Assembly (NCBI GenBank): GCA_965235115.1
Contig: OZ249436.1
Coordinates: 47,494,001-47,558,000 of the forward strand
Direction: 5' to 3'
DNA from: Laetmonice hystrix
Taxonomy: Eukaryota
Length of the DNA stretch: 64,000 nucleotides
In this document: piece by piece, positions 63,913-64,000 of the stretch
Position numbering within the stretch: position 1 is the first letter of the stretch
Layout: each line of letters opens with the position of its first letter
The notes under the pieces: model-generated
Told to the model about the DNA's origin: nothing
Seen by the model: the letters and a program-made list of their open reading frames with translations, nothing else
Databases searched by the model: none
Made by a program: the position numbers and the translations under genes

Positions 63913-64000
63913 CTATGTGCAGAGAGAAGAACAAATTTCACTCAAGTATTTCTTCCCTTTTGTCACTTGAGGTTTTTCTTGCTCACGTGCAGTTTGAGTA

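Overview
Eukaryotic (animal, probably invertebrate; the organism cannot be fixed from sequence alone) genomic DNA. There are no prokaryotic operons, CRISPR arrays, rRNA or tRNA genes. By hand-summed coordinates about 27 kb (~40%) lies in roughly 35 mostly unrelated micro- and minisatellite arrays (units 12-150 bp), which explain nearly all long ORFs in the track. The right half carries the 3' part of one spliced minus-strand gene of unknown identity. GT-AG exons at 57097-56991, 55405-55316, 51344-51318, 38984-38907 and 31056-30368 join in frame into a charged coiled-coil followed by a disordered C-terminus. Upstream is a candidate cluster of 12-, 19- and 28-nt microexons, and there are candidate alternative terminal exons. 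Other features are MITE/SINE remnants, a 113-nt near-perfect hairpin, a head-to-head inverted satellite with TTAGGG motifs, a minisatellite apparently amplified from inside a SINE, and several co-oriented CTCF-like motifs. All calls were read by eye and repeat boundaries are approximate.
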